A DNA stretch of 64,000 nucleotides. Origin: Macrostomum lignano (lineage: Eukaryota). Below the pieces are notes generated by a model, which saw only the letters and a program-made list of their open reading frames with translations, searched no databases and was not told the DNA's origin. This document shows, piece after piece, positions 37,084 through 48,349 of the stretch. The number at the start of each line of letters is the position of its first letter. The first letter of the stretch is position 1. The stretch spans positions 992,001-1,056,000 of the forward strand of contig NIVC01000085.1 of assembly GCA_002269645.1 (NCBI GenBank), read 5' to 3'. A program made the position numbers and the translations under genes.

Positions 37084-38068
37084 CTGCAGGTTGTTTGGCA
37101 GGAGGTGGGAGACTGAGCATTCATCTGGGACATTTTTTGCTGTATAGAGCTTCGTTAAGGTACTTTGCTGATTGCTGCCCCCCCTCCTGACAGATTATCT
37201 AGAGGCCAAGAAATGCGAAATCCGAGATGCAAGTACTCAAACGTACACGTGCCAGCCACTCATAAGCCGTCATTGCTGAGTAAAGGACTTATATGAATTC
37301 TCATATAGCTGGCTACGAGAAAAGTCGTCAGCAAGATGAAATAATTTAGCTAAGCGAAAACGAAATAAACGGCATATCGAGTTTAATATGACCGGATTTA
37401 ATAACAGCAGCCTCGCGCCAGCTCGGCCAGGAAGGAAGGGGGATCTGGAAATCAATCAGAGCTTCGTCTAAGCGAAGAAGATTAGCAGTTGAGAGACCCT
37501 AGCGGAAGCCGAGCCAGCTGGGACCGCAAGTCCCCAAGGGATCTGTTGGATATGCTCCCCGGGTTTCAATGTCGATAAATTGCATTCGGTTAATGCTTGC
37601 CAATCCGAACTGTTCATATTGCAGCCGAGTTATGAAATGCATAAACAGTATTACTTTCACCGGGGGGGGTTAATAAAAGTAGATCCGGGTTCACTTTCCA
37701 ATACTTTTCTGTTCGAACTCAAAAAGGCTATGTACGGTTAGTCATGACGTTTGGCCAGAATTACCCCTTCAGGTAGAAAAAAGGACCTCTAGAACTTATT
37801 CCTAACTGAAACGGCTGTAAAACTGCTGAGTATTCTCTAAAATCTTTCTTGCTGGAGTTGTTTGATTACTTTTGTGGCACTAAAGAAAAATAAACGTCTT
37901 CTAGAAGCTCACCTATTCCAGAGTAAGGATGCACAGTCGAATACATTTGATGTAGCGGATCGGTTCCTGGAGAAATTTTTCAAGTTTTGGTCGAATGTCC
38001 GTTACGGCTAGTTTTAAAAAATCATGGGCATCAATTCAAACGCAGGCAGAGGACAGCGCAGCGCTTAC

Positions 38069-38464
38069 CGGCTCCATTGATGTACTGAGCCGGCATGCCG
38101 CTCGTGGCCGCGTACAGAGCTGCAGCCGTGTCAGCAGAGGCAGCAGCCGCAGCAGCGGCAGCCGCGGCGGCTCCATTCACAGCCGCTGCCGCAGCCGCAG
38201 CCGAAGACAGAGGCTGTTGCTGCTGCAGGCCGCCAGCACCTGAGCTCACCGGACTCAGCACCGTAGCCTGCGCGGCCGAAGTCAGCGAGGTGTGACCTCC
38301 GCCGCATCCACTGCCCGGATTCGCAACGGTGGAGTTCAGCGCTGGTGTGAGACCCCCAAGCCGCCCGTCTGGGGGCCGGTGGCGCTTTGAAGTTGGATGG
38401 CCAGAGCGGCGACGGGGTTGATGTAGCCGGAGGACTGCTGGATGATTGGGGTTTGATAACATCG
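38069..38464 (-). CDS. CELF: CELF gene, exon 6 (Ala/Gln-rich divergent linker), with an apparent 1-nt frameshift
   Basis: Phase-0 acceptor atgcag|CGA at 38464 (alternatives a little downstream); QQSSGYINPVAALAIQLQ; donor GCCG|gtaagc at 38069, phase 1. Length 396 nt is one base short of the required 3n+1. Confidence 0.7.
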
Positions 38465-38889
38465 CTGCATATGCAGGTGTTTTGGTTACTATAAATGTAG
38501 CGGGTTTCACACTGCTGCCCAGATTTATATTGTCACAAAGCGTGTTCTCTACTAAACCTTTACGATTGATCTCAGTTTCGCTATCCTGAGATCACGTCGT
38601 TTATCATCCTCTTATATCTTCAAGGTTTATTTGTTGCGGAGAAGCATAGGGACAAACCGCATATCTTTAGCAGCTTGGGTCATCTTAGAGATCCTTCTCG
38701 TGAGAATTCAGCTCGTAAATCTCAAGTAATTTCGATGCCAATTTCACTGCGGAGTTGATGCGGCCACGCGCGGAATCAAACCTGAGACACAGACTCATCA
38801 CAGCCTTGTTCCTCATCACCTTATCCTACCTACGAGAGAGCCTTTCCATTTTTTAATGTGCCTATTTCAATTCATCTAACTGCACGCAC

Positions 38890-39045
38890 CTGAGGAAAGG
38901 GTGTGGCCACCGGGTTGAGCTGTCCGGCCACGCCCGCCAGTCCGGGCGAGATGAGGCCCAGCGGCCCCACCATCTGCTGCAGCTTGCGCAGCTGACGCTC
39001 GTTCTCGTTGTCGGCGAATTTCACCACAATGGAGCTGCTGGCACC
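38890..39045 (-). CDS. CELF: CELF gene, exon 5 (end of RRM2, start of linker)
   Basis: gccag|GGT...CAG|gtgcgt, 156 nt; [25 protein letters not shown]. Confidence 0.93.
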
Positions 39046-39254
39046 CTGGCGTGAGGGGCGGTGGTGGGTGCGGATTAGCGTGCGAGTATCGCGGGAGCTT
39101 TGTATTAACTACGCTCGTAAAATGCTGTAGGACACACGTAATAATAATATAATAATTAATTACACCTGTCCCAATTTTGCTAGGTGTGCAACTTGAAGGC
39201 TGCGTACGGCTGTTTAGTCCAGAATGTGGGGGTTCCACACACACCCTCAATTAT

Positions 39255-39411
39255 CCAGCTAATGCTGGCACCCATTTTACAGCTGGGTGAACTGAAACAA
39301 TGCAGAGTTAAGTGTCTTGTTTGAGGAAAAAATTGTTTCAGTGGGATCGGGAATCGAACCCCTGACCTTCAAGTCAAGATTCCAACGCTCTAATCACTAG
39401 GCTACAACTCC
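39255..39411 (-). mobile_element. tRNA-derived SINE with CORE-like central domain, copy 1
   Basis: Minus strand: A-box-like TAGCCTAGTGATTAGAGCG, B-box GGTTCGATTCC, then CAAGACACTTAACTCT...CACCCAGCTGTAAAATGGGTGCC, resembling the MIR/CORE consensus. A second copy lies at 47.55-47.70 kb. Confidence 0.75.
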
Positions 39412-40502
39412 TAGGACGCAAGAGAACCTCTGATCAGACGGATCGTTTAAGAAGAGAAGAATAAAATTTATGAACGCAATGTCTGAGTCAAAGAAAAATT
39501 CTTCTACGATAAGAGGCTTTGAATCTTTTAAAGCAGTTTTGATTTCAAAGAGATATCATATTACGTATCGATATCGATTTATATGATCATGGCTTTTATG
39601 AAATTTCAGAAATTGAAACATCGCATACGCAAATGTATCAGATTTACAGAACGCAGCGATATGACCGCTTCACCAGCTTTAAGCCGCATCAGCCTCAAAA
39701 TCTGATCCTCAAAATCTGATCACTTTCCCCTTGCCTGGATTGAAACTGAGGGTGAGTGAGTGGAAACAGAGAGCAGAGAGCTCTGATGAGATGCGCCCGA
39801 GATTTATTCCCGATTTTGATTTTCAACTTTGGATCTCCATCAGCGGCCTCTGATCTCCTCTCCTCTCTCTCTCTCTCTCTCTCTCAATCAGTAGCTGAGC
39901 CATCAGCATGAGCAGCTGTGACAGCTGCACAATGGAAGGGTTGGCCGGGACGGCTTCCTGATTCTCTAAAAGCCAACAACGGCTTCTGTCGCAGCTGCGC
40001 CCCCCCCCCTCTACCCCGATCTTCGCTCCCCACTCTCGCCGCTCTTCCCTATCCGATAGCGTGGACGCTTCCTGCTTAAAATATGAGCCTTTTTTCAAAT
40101 TAAAAATACCATATCGTCAAAATCAGCTAGCGAGTATCGTTACTGCTAGGAGGCTATCGAGCTATCGACGCACCCCGCTGAGTGCTTGGGGCTGGACTCG
40201 TACTCAACGTACTTTGTTATCCATCAGATATTTGCTTGCATATCTAGACCACCGCGCATCCACTGCTACTGCAGCGGAGCGCAAGAAGAGGGGAAGAAAA
40301 CTGAGAAGATCGGGGCAGTTGGGAGCAAAGATGGAAAGAAAGCCGGGTAAACAGAGAGAAGAGACTGAGGTTTCAGTTCAGTGAAGGTAGGAGGCGATAC
40401 TTCTCGTTTGAGTCCACAGCTGTACTTCGCCTAGTAAAAGGACTCATATCGATCAGCAGATGCTAAAAGAAATGTTTGGAAAGCCGGTTTAAGCGAACTC
40501 AC

Positions 40503-40711
40503 TGGCATGGTCTGGCTGCCGTGCAGATTGTTGATAGCACTCTGCGCCTCCAGGTGGTTGCCGTACTTGACGAACGCGCAGCCCTTGCTGGCCCCGTTCT
40601 GGTCCCGCAGAATGGTGCACTCCTCGATCTGACCGTACGGCTCGAATAGTCGCCGGACATCCTCCTCACTTTGCTGCTTGGACAGCATGCCAACGAATAG
40701 TTTGCGATCGT
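40503..40711 (-). CDS. CELF: CELF gene, exon 4 (RRM2)
   Basis: gcacag|AC...CCA|gtgagt; [50 protein letters not shown]...LHGSQTMP. Confidence 0.95.
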
Positions 40712-42057
40712 CTGTGCAAGGACAACGGTTTGCGCAGTTTTTTTATAGTATGCGTTTGTAGATTCCAAGCATATTTGATAGCGGCTTCATGTGACAGGTA
40801 AAAGTTTAAACTTCAAGGTACAGGTCCGAAGGACTTATCACTATTCTATTTTCTTATTGCTATTAATTCTCTGCATAATTTTCAGTAGTTGCAGTACTGC
40901 AGGTGCATTATACAATTTACACAAAATTCGTGCAATATTAGACGCGTTTTCATAGTTTTCATCAAACATTAATGGGGCCGGGGTATCTGCAGTTGTGTGG
41001 GGCTTTTACTAGCCTAGTGTATTGAGGTGCGGCTGTTGAGATGCGCGCACATATTTTGAAAGCTATTGGAGTTGTTTAAAATTGCCTTGTTCAATAACGA
41101 TCTACTCACTCTAGTTGTCATCTCTGTCCATTTGCCTCAATCTGCTTTTAAAAGGTATAATTTCTTTAAAAGCTACATCCATTATTTTTTCCTTGAGTCT
41201 AAAAACCTTTTTGGCTTCAAAGCCTGTAAAAGGTGGGCTAATTAATTCTCAGCTTGCTCGATTTTCTTCAGCAGAAGTCCCAGAAGACGAAGCGGTGACA
41301 GGTGGTCTCGACAAGAGTCGAGACTCCGTCGCAGCCATATGACTCAGAGCGAATTAGCGAGGAGAAAGCCACTCTGGGGATGCAGAAGCCATGTGACTCG
41401 CAGCTGAGACAGACTCGATAATACCAACTCGAACCCTTGCAGAAGTGGAGCCGAAGAAACGAGTGACTCACAATTCTGTCCAGACGCCTCAAAAAGAAAA
41501 TGCGACACGTCAGCGCGTGACACCCCGAGGTCGGACCGGGGCGGGTGGCTCTGCAGAGTCCGCTCTGGTTGCGTAACCCGAGCGGGGATGAATGGGAAAA
41601 AGGAAGGGCCCCCTTCCCTCGCTGCAAGGGATATTTAGGTGGGAAGAGCGGAGAGGCAGGAACTACAAGTCCCAGTTGGATAAAATAATAGACTTCGAGC
41701 TGCATAGACAAAGAAATTGAGTCCAGAGAGCATTAATTACTCATTTATCTTTATTCGCATCGGGTTTAATCAGCAGGTAAAGACGGAATAAGCTATCACG
41801 CGCATTAGGGGCACGGCCTGGGCGCGTTTTGTAGTGAAAATCCGGCTCTTTGCACTCACTGGCTCAACTCATGCGCTTTGATTCCGGGAAGGAAGATAGA
41901 AGGGGCCGGAGATCAAAGCCCTTTGAAGCAGCTGCTCCGTATAAGAAGAAATGGAAAAAAACAAAGATAATGGAAAGTAGAAAATCACAGGCCTTCTACC
42001 TGTGCCTATAAGGTGGGCTTGAATAAAAACTGCACAGACTTTACTCTTCGAACTCAC

Positions 42058-42283
42058 CTTCGTGTCCTGGCAAATTTGCTAGCTGGTACTGGATCAATTT
42101 CACCTTGTCCAAATTGCAGTGCAAGCTCTGCGAGCCATCAAACAGCTTGCCATTGGGCGGATGCTGCTGCTGCTGAGGCTGCTGCTGCTGCTGCGGAACC
42201 TGCTGAGCCTGGCATAGACCTCCAAAGTCAATCGCCTTGGGCATCACCTGAGCCATGCTCATGGCGTGCTCCGCAATCATCAT
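42058..42283 (-). CDS. CELF: Candidate alternative first exon of the CELF gene (Q-rich, would give an RRM1-less isoform)
   Basis: ATG at 42283; 226 nt ending at a consensus donor GAAG|gtgagt in phase 1, matching the phase-1 acceptor of exon 4. Confidence 0.55.
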
Positions 42284-45200
42284 CTGCTCTCTCTCTTACT
42301 CTCTCTTACTCTTTCGATTGCAAGAACAAAACTTATTGATAAACGGCCTCTGTTATTGACCTTGTTCGACCTGGCTCTCTTGTTTAGCTCTCTCCTGTTT
42401 TGAGACTGATTGAAAAACGAGCGTTTTTTTCGGCAGGCTGGCTCTCTTACTCTGCCGTATATATCTGTTTCAACGCTTCGCTGACTTTTCTCGATTTTGC
42501 TGCTCAAGGTTTTGCGCTGAATTGTTGCCACAGTTCCTGGTTGGCCAGTGTGGGAAATTTTCCTAAAGCTGGGATCAGGAGGCAATCTTTCTCTCTCTCT
42601 TTCTCTCTGCTGCAAACAAAGAGAGAGGTGAGGTGTGACTAAGCCTCACTGCTTCTTTCGCTTTCTTTTCCTTTTTACGGAAATTTCTCTATTCGAAATT
42701 TATTAGCCAGCGAAATAGCTGCAGGGCAATCGGTGCTTGACGAATTCGGGGTCAACTGGTGTGAGCGAGTCGAGACGCTCCCGGCCCTGTTCGAGTTTGT
42801 GTCCTTTTGCTGGCCAGCTATCCACCACGCAGCAGGGCAGGCAGTCTTCCTTTGTATCCAAGAAAAAATGCTGCTCCCGAGTCAGCTAGGCTTTGTCTCG
42901 CTTGCTCGGCTATTTACAGACCGAGTGAGCGGCGGCAACCCCAGTTAAAGGCCGAGGGGGTTTGTGGGGTGGGCGAATCCGTGTGGGGAGTCTGCGCTGC
43001 TCAGCATTGCTTATATCTTGGCTGGTGAGCAGAGAGAGGATGTGGAGGCTGCGGGCAGAGATGAGGGGGCTGTGGGGCAGAGGGGAGACAGGGGGAGGCC
43101 AGTGAGCGCGAACGACCTCCCCCGAATCAATAGAAGTTCCCCAGATCCCTTACTATGAATAAGCCTGGGTGCGCCAGCCTCTCCATCTTCTATGCCATGG
43201 GGCCGGGGATTGTGGGGACTGGCTGAGCACCTATCGCGAGCTTTTCCCTGCTCCTCTGTCCCCATCTCCCCCCTCCTGGCTTGTGTGCACGAGGGTTTGG
43301 GACGGATCTGAATGCTGGATTGAGCACTGCTCAAGCCACTCCGTCTCTGCCCGACCCCACCCTCGACAGCGAGAGATTCGCCAGGCTTTCTCGCTAACAG
43401 CGGTAGGGAAGAGAAGAAGAAAGCCAGACTTCGCTTCCATCACTGTCCATTCTCCCTATTTTGAGACGATAATGTCCCCCCCATGCCTGCATCAACCTTT
43501 TACTTGCACGGCCAACCTCGAACCGGAGCTGCCCCGTGTTGCTTCTCTTCGTTTTTCTGCCTCCCATGCAACTCTCGTCTGCAATTTCTTATCTTGCTGC
43601 TCATATTCGTCTCGAGTCGCTCAGCCTCCCCGGAGCTCCTTCATCTTAGCTTTTTACTTTTGAGCTCATCTCTGACCACGATGAGTCCACTGTCTCGTGA
43701 TGCAAAGCCAGAAAACTTTTTTGAATAAAACATAGCTTCTAATTAGAGTTTCATTAATTTCAAACAAAGCTTAGCATGAGCTGGTATCACGATCCCCTTT
43801 TAACCAAGCGAGGCTCAAAATTTTGCCCCCTGGTTCTTTCGGCTTTTACAGCACCGACACCGAGGATTCGAGCTCGTTGCAGATGGAGTTTTTCAAACTT
43901 CTCCGACTAGCTCGTGGCTCGCAGCAGCGGCTGAGAGAGTCTATCCAAGCCTGTTCCGCTACTTCTTTGATGCCTTCTGCTTTTTCTCCGAGCAGGCGAC
44001 ACATACGAATTAGGAGCCGAGAGCGACTCATAGGAAGAGAAGAAAATGCGGGCAGGAAACTAGGGAAGACAGCAGATATTCTCTTTGCAGATGGGCACTA
44101 ATCCACTCTTCTGCCCATCCGCCGTCTGTCTCCCCTTCCGACCCTCTCCGTGCCCCCCCCCCTCTAATTCCATCGGGCTAAGACTCTCTGCCGCCTATAT
44201 AGTCCTGCCCGCCATCTCATTAGCCTTTCATTGCAGGAATCCGTTGAATTGGCTTTTCCACTCGTATAAGCAGCGTCCGCATCAAATTTCGTTCAGCCTC
44301 TCTCTCAGCGCCCCCGTGAGGAACAGAATCCTGCCTCCGTTCTAGAGTTGTTAGTTTGCTTACCACCCGCGTCACACGACGAGACTAGGACGCGATTGAG
44401 GCACAGATTCTTTATGAGAGAAGGTCTTAAGAACAACTGCAGGCTATGGGGGAGGGGATTGGAAAGAAGGGGCTTACTTATATTTTAGGAACGAATTCTG
44501 GACTTAAGGCTTCACAGCCAAGCCGGGTCTTTTATGACCCGCGTCCCGGAGATCGCAGTCTCTCTAATGCCGCGCTGCCAGAGCCCACCCTCCTCCTCCC
44601 CTTATGGTATTGCAATTGCAGAAGGGAGCGCAGGGCCTATATTGGCTAGGGGATGACAGGGGGGCGTACGTGCGCTGCCGCAGCCTGCCGAGGATAAGGA
44701 AGCGCTCAGGAAAAAAAGGAGAAAAGAACGAGGGGAAAGGAAGGTTTTTAAGCACTAAGATGTTGTGGGGAAGGAAGCAATGCCTATATATGGGTCCTGC
44801 AGGGAAGAGAAGGAGCCGTGTGGGAGAAATCGGCAAGATAAATCACGGGGCACGAAGGCAGCTTTTGCCCTTCGCGTCTCGCCCGTTTCTCATTTCAGAG
44901 AAAGGGTTTGAAACGTTCGTGGAATAGGAGAAGATTGAGAGCGGACAGTGCAGAAAACAAGGGACGAGGCCTGGGACTGACAGCTTGAATTCGAGCCGAG
45001 CTCGAGTCCAGGGGCTCGGTTCATTTCCGTTCCAGCTGTCAAGACAGGAAGCAGAAAGCGCACACTTTTAGTTCATTCAAATGTCCTAAATTGTCGTTAA
45101 TATTTCCGTTCGTGTTGATACACATTCAGCTGTTGCAGCTTCTCATTCCTACTCGCAGTAGTCTATCAGGGACAGTGCAGGAATTTCCTATCATCTGGAA

Positions 45201-47547
45201 TTACTTTCTGGCGTTGGCCCCGTGTTGACTAGAAAGAAGAAATGGATATGAAAGAGGACTTGACGAAATGAGGGGGCAAAAATGACTGAAGCAATACGAA
45301 CAGGAAGCCACGGGAGTCCTTTCTGATCGCGTTTCTGCTTTGGGGACTCAAGCAGTGGGTCCAGTGCGCCAGAGAGAGAGAGAGAGAGAGAGCGGCCAGA
45401 GTCCGCCCGCCAGCAGCCCCTGAAGCAGAAGTGTGGCAAATGGGATTTGCGCTTCACACGGCCCAAAGATGAACAAGGCGGATGGAGCAGTCGCCTCACC
45501 TCTCCCCCCTCATCTCTCTCTCACTCTCTCTCTCCTCATCTCCTGCTCTTCTCTCTTTCGCCTTTTCGAGTTTCTCGCCTACATCAAGAGAGAGAGAGAA
45601 TGAGACGTCTTTCGCAGTGCTCCGAGCCGCCGTCTCCCTTGTGCGCCTGTCCTCTTCTCGATCTCATGTCTGTCTCGCTTGCATATGCAATTTAGCTGCA
45701 TCAAATTATAGCCCGCAGCTGCGCCGCCTCATGCGGCCTCCACGTCTTGGTCCGGGCAGCTTTTCTCCGCCTTCTCTCATCAAACCTTTCCTGGCTTATT
45801 CCTTTTCCATTTGGGAACTCCAGTGTCACCCTGTGTGCGTGTCATTTCCACCCCAGACACCCTATCGGACTGGAAGCAGGTCCAACTGCCGCTATTCCAC
45901 TTGTTTCCATTGACTTTTTCAGCTTTGTGAAGATTTTCAATGGTGACTATTGTAGATACAATCTGTAGTTTATATTTATTCATGTACGAGTACAGCTCAA
46001 ATGTACAGCTCAAGGGTAAAAACGGAGGACACTTGCGCGTTCTGAGTTTTTTATTTTGAACCTGTTGCCTGATCTCAAAGGGAAACAATACGATCTGCTC
46101 TGAATAGAAGCGCAGACGTCCATCATTTGTCTGAACTCTCACTCTCTTCGTCTCTACTTTCTCTCCCAATGCCACTCCAACACTGACTGTATCGCTGTAG
46201 CCTCCTCGCGTGCAAGGCGTGATCAAAATGCGTCTCAAAAATACGCGCAGAATGTAGAATAGACAGTGCCAATGACAAGCCTTTTCAGAGCTCTATAATT
46301 TCAACTGAACATGCCGGATGCACACAGATCGGAGACAGCAGACTTGCGGCGCAGCTGCACTAGAACTCAACAACAACCCCCCCGTCCTGCTCAACCGACG
46401 CCTCCCCCCTCACTCTTCTTCATCGGGCATTCCGGCGCGCGATGAACTAGTTAGGCGACTTAAAGAAAGACAGGCGGGCAGATAGAGAGCTAAGAGAGGG
46501 ACAGAAGGTGCCACGGATTAGTGAGCTGGGCTGGGGTGTCAATTATTTACAGGCCAAGGGAGGCGGTAGCTCGACTACAATTCCGTATTCGAATAAAGAG
46601 ATGGGCAGCCAACACATAGGCGTAAGTTTGAGCTCGCATCTGAGTCCGGAGGGTTATTCTCGGGATGGCAACTGCAGTCCTGCCTCAGATCCCCTGGGGA
46701 TGTTGCAGCTGCAGCCCTGACCCGCTTTCGTCAGCTTTTCACCAACTAGCCGAATGCCAGAGCAATGCTGCTTTTATTTTTATTCGATACTCGATTCTCT
46801 GTCGCATTCTCGTAGCAATCAACTTTGCACACTTGGTCAATTCTCATATCGTCTACTAGATTCAGTTTCTCTCTATTCTGATAGGAATGCATATGAGTAT
46901 TTCATATTTACGAGTGTTAAAGCTATAATTTATAAGTTTACCAATATCAAGTTAGGAAAAGATGCATTCGCTAATAAAAAGCAAGAAAAATCATACGGCA
47001 TTTTCTATTCAAATGCTTGGTCAGTGTCAACTGTCAAACAGTCTTTTCTAAAACACCTACTGGTTTTGAATGATCAAAGAAAATCAAAAGGTTCAGGAAA
47101 ACTGAAAGCTTTTAATCCTTATAAAGCATTTTTAGACTGTCACCTAGAAGACCCAGCATCCATCTGCAAATCCTATAGGGTTTTCCGCATATTAAAGGTC
47201 ACTTTAAATCAAAATAATCATTAGCAGGAAAGCTGGGGGAAACCTGTCGCAACGCCTTCAGGTGACATAGTCCAGTTCTGCCCATTCCGTCGACTCCTGA
47301 GCTTCTCCTGAAGCACGGGCTCATGTACATGCTCATACAGGGTGTACAAGCAACCCTCAATTTCTGATTGTCAGACATGTACAGTCTGTGACTTGGGGGT
47401 TGGCTCTGATTCATGTGAATCGCACGACACCTTTCCGGTCAATTATTTTTTAGCACAAGCTACTGGCTAATGTGCCATGGCTAATCTGCTAACCTGCGCC
47501 TCTAACGCCTCCTTAGTCATCGTTAATTACAGCAATAATAATTAATG

Positions 47548-47695
47548 ATGGCACCCATTCTACTGCTGGGTGAACTGAAGCAATTCAGAGTTAAGAGTCT
47601 TGCTCAATGACACAAATTGTTCCAGTGGGATCGGGAATCGAACACCCGACCTTTCGGTCGTGAGCCCGACGCTCTAACCATTAGTCTACTCTACA
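47548..47695 (-). mobile_element. tRNA-derived SINE with CORE-like domain, copy 2
   Basis: Aligns by eye with the 39.25-39.41 kb copy (GTTCGATTCCCGATCCCACTG...AGTTCACCCAGC...ATGGGTGCCA). Confidence 0.75.
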
Positions 47696-48300
47696 ACCAA
47701 TGACAGTTAATCTTCCACAAGCCCTGATAGTCCTGCAGTTTCGTTCCCAACCACCTTTCAAAACAAGCAAACAGAGAGCAAAAGCCAGAACTTTTGGATG
47801 GGTTCGAAGTGCCACTAAGCTGGAGTGCCGACTGCATTTCAGAGAATTTAGAATCGAAAATTCTGAGTCCTTCAGTTTTTCTCTTGAAATCGAGGATATT
47901 TTTTTCTAATTTCAAGGACAATGAAACACACAATAGCTAATATGAAGCGAGAGAGTGCTTTTGTACCTAAAATGACTTTTTTGTTTTTTTGCGTCTTTAG
48001 CAAAGCAACGCGGGTGCTTGGTCGATGAGAGACTATTTCTCAAAATCATTTTCATGATAATTTAAGCATAGCCTAAAACTAATCACACAGAATCTCCCCT
48101 CCAATGTCTTTGTATCAGTAAGCCACTAACCTGCGCTTTGAAAGAAGCTATTTTATAACTGTTATAACTGTTAAGAATATACGAGCCATATAGAATATAC
48201 CGATAATATACCGATAATTTGTTGGTGGGAGGGCCTTCTACTTGAGTTTCCCATGCTTAGAAGCCGCTATATTACAAACAAAACCGAAGCCAAAACTCAC

Positions 48301-48349
48301 CAGAACGAGGCTCGCTATCGGCCGGCTTCACCTGCAGGGGGCGGGCCAT
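48301..48349 (-). CDS. CELF: CELF gene, exon 3 (49 nt, end of RRM1)
   Basis: atttcag|ATG...TCTG|gtgagt; MARPLQVKPADSEPRS; absent from the ORF track. Confidence 0.93.

Noticed and set aside
39340-47695. tRNA genes at the two SINE heads
   Set aside because: No complete acceptor stem, degenerate anticodon arms, and both continue into a shared non-tRNA body.
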